From positions 1 to 64,000 of the IMG/VR virus record IMGVR_UViG_3300015610_000633: a DNA stretch of 64,000 bases; one strand, written 5' to 3'. Numbering within the stretch: the stretch's first letter is position 1; every line of letters starts with the position of its first letter. The notes beneath the pieces are model-generated. The model worked only from the letters and a program-made list of their open reading frames with translations, did not search any database and was not told where the DNA came from. Below are positions 55,171 through 63,486 of the stretch, one piece after another. Source of the DNA: a virus. Taxonomy: Duplodnaviria; Caudoviricetes. Both the position numbers and the translations under genes were made by a program.

Positions 55171-57366
55171 TCATGCGGCTTCTGCGACGGTTACTTGTTC
55201 ACCGATCTCGGTTGCGATTGTTATCGAGTCAAACGAAGACAAAGTTCTAACCTTCAACGTTAGGCGGTAGTGACCACGCCCTAGTGAAGTTGCCGTATTG
55301 CCTGACTTTACATCAAGTGAGTAAGAGTCGATTCGTTGTGGTGGTCCGTTCTTCAACGTATCCATCCACACGCGAACATCGGTTGTAAGCGCTACACGTC
55401 GCGCAACGGTCATCAACTGTTTGCCGTATGATTGCGCACGAATGGCGAGTGAATCTTGAATGTAATCGGCCATACGACGCCGTGCGATATTCACGCGACC
55501 GGGGTAGAGAGCCTTATCAACCGAGGTAACACCCGATTGAAAGAAAGCCTGACCATTATCGATCCGCAACGCCATGATACCCGCAGCTTTGAAGCGCTTG
55601 TAATCGTTGATATCGAGTAGTTGCGGGGTCGCAGCGGTTTCGATACCACGAACACCGTCAAGGTAGCTCGTTTGCTGACCGGGGTTTTCTTCGGGTGGTA
55701 GTTGCGACATCACCGAGCAAGCAAACGAATCGGCACCCGAGTCAATGATCCCATCGGCAGTGAACCCGGTACCACCACTAAGCCCAACCGCTGCGATCGT
55801 GGGTACGTAAGATCTCGATTGAGGATAACAGTACACAACGCGATCGGAGCGAGTCGCGGCAACACCCCACGGGGTAGTTGATACCGTTACATTGCTCTTA
55901 TTTGAGCCCATAGGCGCGCGAACTACGGCGGTGCGGCCATAGTGACCGGTTGAACTTGCCGTTAGTGCGTTGTCTCGTAGGGCGAAACGAACGCTATTCG
56001 ATTGACGCGCACACATGATCAAGTTGATCTCTTTGGTGACGTCATTCAACCCGAGTGTGTACGGCAATGCCGCAACATATGCCGCGTCAAGTTGGGTTTC
56101 GGTTAGGCATGCCGACAATGCTGCAAGGTTGATAACTTCGAACTCTCCGACGTCGGGAACATCAACCAACACGTTGACGGTACCCGAAGCCGTTGTTGTT
56201 CCCGTACCATCATCAACGGCGTGTCGAACTTTGATCGCGTAAGCCGTTTCTTGACCTGCAACGATCGTTGTCGTTTGCATGGTCACAAACACCTTGTTAC
56301 CCGACGTTTTCACACGAGTACCAGCGGGTAGTGAACCCTCGAAATCACTGGCGTTGATCACGTCGGTTGTACCAAACCCGAGCGCCGTTGCAGTTCCGCC
56401 CGTTACTTCAAGTGTACCCGTACCCGATGTGGCTACGTTCACGAGTCGCAATCTGCCTTGTGAATCAACACGAACCGCGGCGTTTGATGTTGAAGCCGCA
56501 TCAACGCGGGTGTGCACTTCGGCAGGTGTTACGGTGTTGATATTCGCAACGTTACCCGTACCCGCGGTTGTTGCGGCTGTAAGCCCTAGTCCAGCCAACA
56601 CGCCAGTTGAACCCGACACTACACGAACTTCACCCGCAGTACCCGGTACTCGACCGGTTAGCTTGATTTGACCGCTCGAAACTTCTGCAAACGTGAAACC
56701 AGCGAACTGATTTATACGTGCAACAACTTGTGCAACGGATTGATCCGTTGAGAGAAAAGTTACTTGAAAATCATCGGCATCATCGTAACCGAGTGTCAGG
56801 GTTTCACCACCTGTGAAGGTGGTTGGAAAGGTACCCGAAGCACCGGTAACAGTTGCAGCGACACCTGTGAAGGTAACCGTTACAGGCGTGCCGTCATATT
56901 CGAATGTTAGGGTTTGACCTGATGTAAGTTTGAACGTGAAAGCAGCGGCACCCGTCGCATATGCAAGCGGTGTAAAGTAGACTTCACCAACACTTGTATC
57001 GACACGGCAAAGCATCAACCGAGCAAACCGCTTGCCGTTTATCGCTACATGCCCGTTACCATTCCAATATTCGGGAGTAACCGATGCATCGGAGTAACGA
57101 ACGGTAGCTGAGGGATATTGCCCACGTTGCCCCGCGTAAGTGTAACCGAGACCACCGTATTTTTGAAGAACTTCGGCAACACTCGAAACTTCAACGGTCT
57201 TGTTGAACTCACCATCTTCAAACTCAGCAACAATGCACACGGCACCGGTGCCAGTGCCAGCGATCGCAGCTTCGGGATCAAGATCAAGAATGTTGATCGA
57301 TTCGATCTCAAGCAATACATCGAGACCGGGATCGAAAGTGAAACGACGAACGTAGCTAGATGCCAT
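55171..57366 (-). CDS. Contractile tail sheath protein
   Basis: About 730 aa; SDRVVYCYP, FFQSGVT, NIARRRMADYI C-terminal sheath motifs; start placed at MASSY. Confidence 0.85.
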   Translation of the reverse strand: MASSYVRRFTFDPGLDVLLEIESINILDLDPEAAIAGTGTGAVCIVAEFEDGEFNKTVEVSSVAEVLQKYGGLGYTYAGQRGQYPSATVRYSDASVTPEYWNGNGHVAINGKRFARLMLCRVDTSVGEVYFTPLAYATGAAAFTFKLTSGQTLTFEYDGTPVTVTFTGVAATVTGASGTFPTTFTGGETLTLGYDDADDFQVTFLSTDQSVAQVVARINQFAGFTFAEVSSGQIKLTGRVPGTAGEVRVVSGSTGVLAGLGLTAATTAGTGNVANINTVTPAEVHTRVDAASTSNAAVRVDSQGRLRLVNVATSGTGTLEVTGGTATALGFGTTDVINASDFEGSLPAGTRVKTSGNKVFVTMQTTTIVAGQETAYAIKVRHAVDDGTGTTTASGTVNVLVDVPDVGEFEVINLAALSACLTETQLDAAYVAALPYTLGLNDVTKEINLIMCARQSNSVRFALRDNALTASSTGHYGRTAVVRAPMGSNKSNVTVSTTPWGVAATRSDRVVYCYPQSRSYVPTIAAVGLSGGTGFTADGIIDSGADSFACSVMSQLPPEENPGQQTSYLDGVRGIETAATPQLLDINDYKRFKAAGIMALRIDNGQAFFQSGVTSVDKALYPGRVNIARRRMADYIQDSLAIRAQSYGKQLMTVARRVALTTDVRVWMDTLKNGPPQRIDSYSLDVKSGNTATSLGRGHYRLTLKVRTLSSFDSITIATEIGEQVTVAEAA

Positions 57367-57423
57367 GGTTTGCTCTTTCGGTTGTAGTTGTGTGGTAACA
57401 CTGCCCTGTAAACGCTCCAAAAA

Positions 57424-58077
57424 TCATTCATCAACAACCCCCACCATTGGAACCATATTGACCACGGGTACAAGTCGCACAATGGGTATATCAAGCGTCA
57501 AATGTATCAATGTGCGCCACCTATTTTTGAACCCATCTTCGTTCGCGCGCTCGATTCGTTCCAACGTGAAGCGGCAAGGTTGATGCCAATAGTTTTTCAG
57601 GATCAAACGAAGCCCGGTCATTTGTTGAACCGGTGAAAACAGTTGATCGGTAGCCGACAAGATAGCGCGGCGTTCTGACTTTGTAGCAGTCCAAACTTCA
57701 AGCGTGATTTCTTCGGTATGCTCACTCAACCTAACAAGCGCATAACCTCGCTTGAACACATTGAACGAAGATTCAATGAAGCTCGGTTGAATAGTAGCGA
57801 TCACAGTTTCGACTGTAGGCAATACAGCAACAGCAGGCATTGCAAACGTGTCTTCTGAGTCGATACCGTCAACGTGAAAGTTATCAACCGAGAGCTTGAA
57901 CGGGTTGTCAACACTTCGAAAAAAAGTGAATGAACACAACTCATCGCGAAGCGCTTCAAGTGCCACATGACGCGCATCTTTGAACACGTGGACTAGTTCA
58001 CCCGGTGCCTCATTCCATTGCACCGATGAATCAACGGGGATCGCGTTCAGTTTATCGGGTTGTAGCGTGTTGTTCAT
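57424..58077 (-). CDS. Tail terminator/completion protein
   Basis: Position just upstream of the sheath; ITLEVW..TKSERRAI. Confidence 0.55.
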   Translation of the reverse strand: MNNTLQPDKLNAIPVDSSVQWNEAPGELVHVFKDARHVALEALRDELCSFTFFRSVDNPFKLSVDNFHVDGIDSEDTFAMPAVAVLPTVETVIATIQPSFIESSFNVFKRGYALVRLSEHTEEITLEVWTATKSERRAILSATDQLFSPVQQMTGLRLILKNYWHQPCRFTLERIERANEDGFKNRWRTLIHLTLDIPIVRLVPVVNMVPMVGVVDE

Positions 58078-58640
58078 GGCACCTTTTCAAGTTCTCTTGT
58101 TACTTCGGCTTCAAGTATCTTCGGTGCAAACACCATAGTTCGCCGAAGTATCCCACGGCCCCCCAAAATGCCCTTGCCACCCGATCCGCCGTGTATGCCT
58201 GTCTTCTTCATGTTCGTAGCAATGGCCCATGCAATAGCCATCGCTTGTTGAACACCCGGCTTCGTGACAAGAACCGGCCCGCCTTGGGTGTTCTTGGTTG
58301 TTCCGCCTATGCCCTTTCGTCGCACCCATTCGGCTAGTGCTTCGATCATAGCTCGACCGATCTTCACCTTCTTCGGGTTCACCCCGTACTCGATAAACGC
58401 GGCCCATGGTACCCAGTTGCGCAAGCGCGCCCCATTGTCGATAAGGTCAACAGCCCAACCCGCCCGAAACAACCCGCGATCAACCGGTTGCGGTATCGTT
58501 CGGGGTATTGTCTCGGTTATGATTAGTTGTTGAATACGAAACGCAGCGGCACGAACACCACGCAAAGCAGCCTCACGGTTAGCTTGCGCTATTCGATCAA
58601 GTTCTTGATTTACTTTCTTGAGGGATACCGCGTGTTTCAT
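58074..58640 (-). CDS. HK97 gp10-like neck/tail completion protein
   Basis: PVDRGLFRAGW and WAAFIEYG motifs. Confidence 0.7.
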   Translation of the reverse strand: MKHAVSLKKVNQELDRIAQANREAALRGVRAAAFRIQQLIITETIPRTIPQPVDRGLFRAGWAVDLIDNGARLRNWVPWAAFIEYGVNPKKVKIGRAMIEALAEWVRRKGIGGTTKNTQGGPVLVTKPGVQQAMAIAWAIATNMKKTGIHGGSGGKGILGGRGILRRTMVFAPKILEAEVTRELEKVP

Positions 58641-59176
58641 TCATCGGGTGTTCTACCACTTCGATCGGGATCTTCCGAAACCCGTTCAAGTATTAGTTCC
58701 CATGAAATGGCACTTTCATTGCGCCACGGTTTAGCGGCAAGCCTAAACCGTTGACGTAGTGGCGCGCGATCTCCCCTGCCATCTTCTGCGATCTCGTAAT
58801 AAAAACGATATGGTTCAGGTACGCGTTCTTCATGTGGTTCGGGTATCCACAAGCCTTCGAGTTCGTCTGCTGTGAAAGACAAACTCACGTTCTGAACACG
58901 CTGCGAACCCACTGGCATTATGCCCCCGGTGACCGCTGCAAACGAGATCGCGTTCATCGGCCCAACCTTGGGCGTAGGTAGTATTTCTTTGCGTCTAATC
59001 TCAACCTCACGCCCTTCACCGCGTTCGCTTCCCGTGTATTTAGTCCAAACCAAAAACACCCGTTGAGAACGCAACCCAAAGTTGACCGGGATCTGACGAA
59101 CACGATCAACAGTTTTTTGCAACCTGTTCACAAGCGAGTGTTTCGCTTGATCGGGGGTTAGTGGTTTGATCTTCAT
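58637..59176 (-). CDS. Head closure/neck protein
   Basis: Synteny within the neck module. Confidence 0.5.
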   Translation of the reverse strand: MKIKPLTPDQAKHSLVNRLQKTVDRVRQIPVNFGLRSQRVFLVWTKYTGSERGEGREVEIRRKEILPTPKVGPMNAISFAAVTGGIMPVGSQRVQNVSLSFTADELEGLWIPEPHEERVPEPYRFYYEIAEDGRGDRAPLRQRFRLAAKPWRNESAISWELILERVSEDPDRSGRTPDE

Positions 59177-59382
59177 CGCTTAGCCCATTGTTCGGCAATG
59201 AGTTTATCGATGCTTCGATCAATGTCTTCGTGGTTCTCTTCTGAAATCAACGCGAGTGTGACCGCTTTACCTTCATCAGTCTTAGACCACCCAACAAGGG
59301 CTTTTTGAAACTCTTCTTCGAGATCGGGGAACTGTTCGATCAAGAAAGAAGCGAATGAAATGACGGCGGCTAGAGCGTTCAT
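59173..59382 (-). CDS. Small hypothetical protein
   Basis: 4-bp overlaps on both sides. Confidence 0.55.
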   Translation of the reverse strand: MNALAAVISFASFLIEQFPDLEEEFQKALVGWSKTDEGKAVTLALISEENHEDIDRSIDKLIAEQWAKR

Positions 59383-59828
59383 TTTTTGGTACCTTTCAAC
59401 GTCGAGAAGAGTTCAGCGGTTTCGCGTTGTGCTTGTGCAAACTGCTCAATCATCTTCAACGCTTTAGGAACTTCGGTGGCATTCAACGATTGATCAAGGG
59501 TCAACTTCAATACCTTGTTCAACTCGCGCAACTGGTCGAACTTCACCCATAGGGGAGCCCAACGATCGCGAACACGTTTCACCCTCGCCACAACTTCGGC
59601 TTCGGTGGTTTTCTCTTGAACAGCTTGAACGACAACCGCGCGTTGCTCTGCTTCATAAGCAACTTCTGCAGTTGATTGGAACACTTCAAGAACAGAGATC
59701 GCACGATTTGATTCGCGTACTATTTCTTCACGTGCGTATTCAGCTTTGGTCAAATACGAACAAGAAGCCGTTGATGTTATCAACATCAGACTGAAAACCA
59801 GTGTTGCTCTGAAACCGAACGTTTTCAT
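59379..59828 (-). CDS. Predicted lipoprotein (spanin-like candidate)
   Basis: Basic N-terminus, hydrophobic stretch and lipobox-like TAS-C, then helical/coiled-coil. Confidence 0.5.
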   Translation of the reverse strand: MKTFGFRATLVFSLMLITSTASCSYLTKAEYAREEIVRESNRAISVLEVFQSTAEVAYEAEQRAVVVQAVQEKTTEAEVVARVKRVRDRWAPLWVKFDQLRELNKVLKLTLDQSLNATEVPKALKMIEQFAQAQRETAELFSTLKGTKK

Positions 59829-60232
59829 GAATGCACCTTTGCGTTGAGTGATCGCCCGAAGGCTCGTTTGTCAAACGGGTTAGGGATCACACCTAGCAAG
59901 TTACCTAGTGATTGTCGCCACCAATCATATTGTGTTTGATATTCTGTCATCAACTTACGATTGACTTCGATGTCACCAACACGGTTGACACTAAGTAGAT
60001 CAAGGTTCTCAACCATTGCACAACGTATAGTGTTGAGAACTCCAAGGTGTTGACGAACGGTGGCCAAAGCTTCGGGCAAGATCTTATTCATTGCCCCTTC
60101 AATCAAAAAACTTTGCTCGACAGCAGCGGGTACACCGAGTTGATAGGTTAGAACGCTTGAAACGTTCATGAACCCCATGTGATCGCGTATTTGTGCGCGT
60201 TCTTCAAGCGTCAATGCAGCGGGATCGGACAT
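59825..60232 (-). CDS. Head-tail adaptor/connector
   Basis: LTLEERAQIRDHMG helical protein following the capsid module. Confidence 0.55.
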   Translation of the reverse strand: MSDPAALTLEERAQIRDHMGFMNVSSVLTYQLGVPAAVEQSFLIEGAMNKILPEALATVRQHLGVLNTIRCAMVENLDLLSVNRVGDIEVNRKLMTEYQTQYDWWRQSLGNLLGVIPNPFDKRAFGRSLNAKVHS

Positions 60233-60249
60233 ACAGCAAAGATTGACTC

Positions 60250-60639
60250 TTACTCGTCAGAAGTCGACTCTTCTTCACTCGACTCTTCTTCACTTGATGG
60301 TGGTTCTTCGGGTGGTGTTAGGTCCGTTAGTTGAATACCCTGCAACAACAGCTTGTCGATGTCGTAATCACACGAACGAATGATCTTACCCGGTCGAAGT
60401 GGTGTTCTAATGCCATCAATCACCACATACCCACCGACATCAACACGGTATCGTTTAGGTTGAACGACCGCTTCTTGTTTCGATCTCGCTACGGGTTTCG
60501 CTGACAAGATCGAAACATCATGTTGATCGGTGGGTGGTTCACCCGAAGTACCCCCCGCTGCTGATACCGCGGCGGCCTGGTTTTTCATGCCATCTTCAAG
60601 GTGTTGTTGTTGTTGCTGAACTGGTTTATTGCGCGCCAT
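60250..60639 (-). CDS. Small hypothetical virion-region protein
   Basis: GGAG RBS after a palindrome variant; acidic tail. Confidence 0.55.
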   Translation of the reverse strand: MARNKPVQQQQQHLEDGMKNQAAAVSAAGGTSGEPPTDQHDVSILSAKPVARSKQEAVVQPKRYRVDVGGYVVIDGIRTPLRPGKIIRSCDYDIDKLLLQGIQLTDLTPPEEPPSSEEESSEEESTSDE

Positions 60640-60658
60640 TTTTTCGTTCTCCGTTCTT

Positions 60659-60678
60659 ACGTCTAACCGGGTAAACGT
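60659..60678. repeat. 20-bp palindrome copy 15 (one mismatch)
   Basis: ACGTCTAACCGGGTAAACGT. Confidence 0.92.
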
Positions 60679-60962
60679 CAAAGAAGATCTTTGATTCTAC
60701 CTATCAACAAGCGGATCGCTAGCTCGTTATTATCGCCTTTCGATCTTCGTTTGATCACCGTTGCTAGTTCGTCCGTTAGTGATGAACCAATTGAAGCGTA
60801 GTTCATCACATAACTGTCACCATTGTAGTTATTCCAAATAGCATCGGCATGCTTTGAATCGGTCGAACTAACGATCGTATCACCCGGTTTGAACGTTTGA
60901 CTAGTGCCATCAAACACCGCTGTGAAGCCTACGAGAACAAGCATTTTTGCAGGTGCAGACAT
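60678..60962 (-). CDS. Small hypothetical protein
   Basis: Start placed at MSAP, downstream of the capsid terminator. Confidence 0.5.
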   Translation of the reverse strand: MSAPAKMLVLVGFTAVFDGTSQTFKPGDTIVSSTDSKHADAIWNNYNGDSYVMNYASIGSSLTDELATVIKRRSKGDNNELAIRLLIGRIKDLL

Positions 60963-60976
60963 GTTGTGTTTACTCC

Positions 60977-61002
60977 AAAAAGAAAGGCCCCCGAAGGGCC
61001 TT
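60977..61002 (-). terminator. Rho-independent terminator after the major capsid gene
   Basis: AAGGCCC-TTCG-GGGGCCTT (C-UUCG-G tetraloop) plus TCTTTTT. Confidence 0.82.
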
Positions 61003-61030
61003 GTTGTGGTTGTGGGTAACTGCGAACTAA

Positions 61031-62422
61031 TCAACCGATTGCGTGCTCAATCGCGATCGCTCGCTTGAAGCGTTGCGGACCACCCGCCCCGATATCCGAA
61101 GGCACCGGGAACGATGTTGAGATTGACCACGTTGTTGCAACGATATCTTGCAAACGGTTTTGTGGTGCGCGCATGATCAACCGAATGCGATCGGTACTGA
61201 CTTGAATGTTGTTGTTGATGATGTCGAACTCGCCTTGCTTGCCGTTCAACCCGGCTTCGCTCACGTAGTTCGTCGCTTCATCAAGCCCACGTTCATAAAT
61301 GCAGTGACGACCGGTGAGGATCATACGACCGATCAACGTACCATCTTCGTTGATGGTTTCTGCACCGATGTCGCGGCTGTACTGTGCATTGGTACCCGTT
61401 GAGACTGCAGTACCCGAGTTCACAGAATCGGGGGATTCTGTGTTCATGATGAACATGACGCCGCCAAGTGTACCGATGAAGCCCTCGCGATATATCGCAT
61501 GTTCAGGCAACGCAGTGTTCAAACGTTGGAACGCGGGATCTGCGAACACTTGCGCGTTAGCAAGTGGCGAAATGTGGCAGTGAAACAAACCGTCCGGATG
61601 CGGTTGAACGTTTGCTTGGCGTAGGTACGCCGTAGCGTTGATCGCGTCTTGCAATGAGAAGATATCGCCCGGCCCGATGGCATCGATCGAAGCACCACCA
61701 CCCGCGCGAAGAACGCGAGGCGCAGCGGATGAAGTAACGGCAACGCGAGCGGCAACACCCGAACCACCGAGAGCAGCCGACAAGAACAAGGTACCCGGCC
61801 CGCTTGGATCGGTAGGATCATCGGGCAAAGCACCGATCACATTACGGTTGCCGATACCCGCGATTTTGACCTGCAAGGGGTAAGCAGGGGATACGGGCAT
61901 AGCACGTGCCGATTGCAAAACGATCAACACATCGGTGAAGCCGTTGAGCGCTGCAACGTGAATGGTTGTTGCACCCGCACCGGCTGACTCAGTTGTTACT
62001 GTATGACCCGACAAATACGACTTGAAGAGTTGATTACGTGGCAAACGGTTGACCGATTGACCGGCCTGCAATCCGAGCGTTTGAATATTGCGCATAAACA
62101 GGTTAGCCGCAGCGGTTGCGCTTGTCGGCATCTGTGTATCCATGGTGTCAGCGTAACGGCCTAGTGTAGCCGTCCACTGCTCATACGTTGGGGTTTTCGG
62201 TGAAGGGTCAGTACCGGGTGTGATTGGGGTTGTGTTGGGTGGCAACAAACCCGCGCGAGACATCACGATTTCTTCACCGGTGTTAGCCCCCCACTCTTCG
62301 AAGGTTGCTTCTTGTCGATATGCGAGGGTTGGAAACAACGCATCATGAAAGCCGCGTTCGATCAACCCTTTTTGAACCATGTCGAGAATAACTGGGGGAA
62401 TGCCTACGACTACGCCTGCCAT
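61031..62422 (-). CDS. Major capsid protein
   Basis: 463 aa after the scaffold gene and before a strong terminator; HISP....Q..ADP.F, GFIGTLGGVMF pattern. Confidence 0.8.
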   Translation of the reverse strand: MAGVVVGIPPVILDMVQKGLIERGFHDALFPTLAYRQEATFEEWGANTGEEIVMSRAGLLPPNTTPITPGTDPSPKTPTYEQWTATLGRYADTMDTQMPTSATAAANLFMRNIQTLGLQAGQSVNRLPRNQLFKSYLSGHTVTTESAGAGATTIHVAALNGFTDVLIVLQSARAMPVSPAYPLQVKIAGIGNRNVIGALPDDPTDPSGPGTLFLSAALGGSGVAARVAVTSSAAPRVLRAGGGASIDAIGPGDIFSLQDAINATAYLRQANVQPHPDGLFHCHISPLANAQVFADPAFQRLNTALPEHAIYREGFIGTLGGVMFIMNTESPDSVNSGTAVSTGTNAQYSRDIGAETINEDGTLIGRMILTGRHCIYERGLDEATNYVSEAGLNGKQGEFDIINNNIQVSTDRIRLIMRAPQNRLQDIVATTWSISTSFPVPSDIGAGGPQRFKRAIAIEHAIG

Positions 62423-62549
62423 GTGTTTAGACCTTTCGTGTGAGATTGTCTCAGCCTTGAAGGGTCCGACTATTAGAAACCGGTCGTTCGGCGTAGGCTA
62501 GACTTAGTACCCTTGAACGACGCCCCCTAGCGCCGTCAAGTTCCAAACA

Positions 62550-63437
62550 TCAAACGTTGATACCCATCGACTTCTTGAGTTGTTCGAACTCTTGTTTGGT
62601 CATCGAGTTCGGCTTACCCGGTCGAACGTCTTTACCGTTGATCATCGTGGGTGCATTGGTTCCCGAAGGTTGCGGTGTTGGCCGCGCACCTTTCGGCCCC
62701 GTCGTTACCCCTACTTTCGGTTTAGCTTGCGGTTTAGGTGCAGGCTTAGGGTCAGCAGCGGGTACACTCGGTGCGACCGGTGAAGCGGCATACACGGGGT
62801 TTTTTTGAATGTACTTCTTGAACCATTGTTCAAGGTGTTTTTCGGTGAACTGTGACAACTGCTTTTCTGTGTAGTTACTGGTCAAGTCTTCGGCCAAGTC
62901 GCGCAACACATGCCTAGCGTAAGCCATGTTGATGTGTTTTGCGGCTATACCCTTGATCATACTACCGGCTTCGGCTGCCGTCGTTTGACGTTGAAGCTTG
63001 TTGTATTTTTGCTGCCACGTTTGAAGCTCTTTGCGCGCGTCTTCAGTAGCTTTTCGTTCGCGCTCGATTTCACTCATGCGCGCCTTCTCTGCTTCTTCGC
63101 GCTCTTTCTTCATCGACTCATACTCAGTCTTCATCTTCAAAACTTCTTGAACGTTATCCGTTCCAAAAAGTTTTTTCAGTTGCGACCTTTGAAGTCGATT
63201 CATGCGCTCGATGAACGCGTCATATGGCAGAGAAATCAAACCCTTCTCATCCATACGTTGCGTTACATCTTTCATATCATCGGGCAGAAGCCTCGCTACG
63301 TCATCGCGACTTAGCGAAGGCTTAGGCGATGGTTTATCAACAGGCTTAGTTTCGGGTTTTTCAGGCGATGATGGTGGCGCCACACCATCGCCCGCGGGTG
63401 CTTGTTGTTGCTGCTGTGTAGGGTTGGGTTCAGGCAT
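62550..63437 (-). CDS. Capsid scaffolding protein
   Basis: P/Q-rich N-terminus, central coiled coil, P/K-rich C-terminus; upstream of the capsid gene. Confidence 0.7.
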   Translation of the reverse strand: MPEPNPTQQQQQAPAGDGVAPPSSPEKPETKPVDKPSPKPSLSRDDVARLLPDDMKDVTQRMDEKGLISLPYDAFIERMNRLQRSQLKKLFGTDNVQEVLKMKTEYESMKKEREEAEKARMSEIERERKATEDARKELQTWQQKYNKLQRQTTAAEAGSMIKGIAAKHINMAYARHVLRDLAEDLTSNYTEKQLSQFTEKHLEQWFKKYIQKNPVYAASPVAPSVPAADPKPAPKPQAKPKVGVTTGPKGARPTPQPSGTNAPTMINGKDVRPGKPNSMTKQEFEQLKKSMGINV

Positions 63438-63457
63438 TTTTCAAAGCTCCGTTGTTC

Positions 63458-63477
63458 ACGTCTAACCGGGTAGACGT
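63458..63477. repeat. 20-bp palindrome copy 16
   Basis: Exact match; upstream of the scaffold gene. Confidence 0.97.
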
Positions 63478-63486
63478 GAAGGGATA

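Noticed and set aside
60882-60896. Partial match ACCCGGTTTGAACGT to the palindrome
   Set aside because: Several mismatches and no left arm; consistent with chance given the CCGG-rich sequence.
62615-62629. Partial match TACCCGGTCGAACGT to the palindrome
   Set aside because: The arms are not complementary and it lies inside ordinary scaffold codons.
587-63465. Numerous plus-strand ORFs of 60-200 aa in the ORF track (e.g. 4280..4804, 10613..11128, 24232..24843, 52267..52797)
   Set aside because: They are antisense shadows of well-supported minus-strand genes, with no RBS, promoter or motifs.
13-63477. The 20-bp repeats as a CRISPR array
   Set aside because: Copies are kilobases apart with whole genes between them, there are no 30-40 bp spacers, and no cas genes are present.
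13-63477. The 20-bp repeats as insertion-sequence ends or recombinase sites
   Set aside because: No transposase, integrase or invertase is visible in the window, there are no target-site duplications, and gene orientation is uniform on both sides of the copies. A recombinase outside the window cannot be fully excluded.
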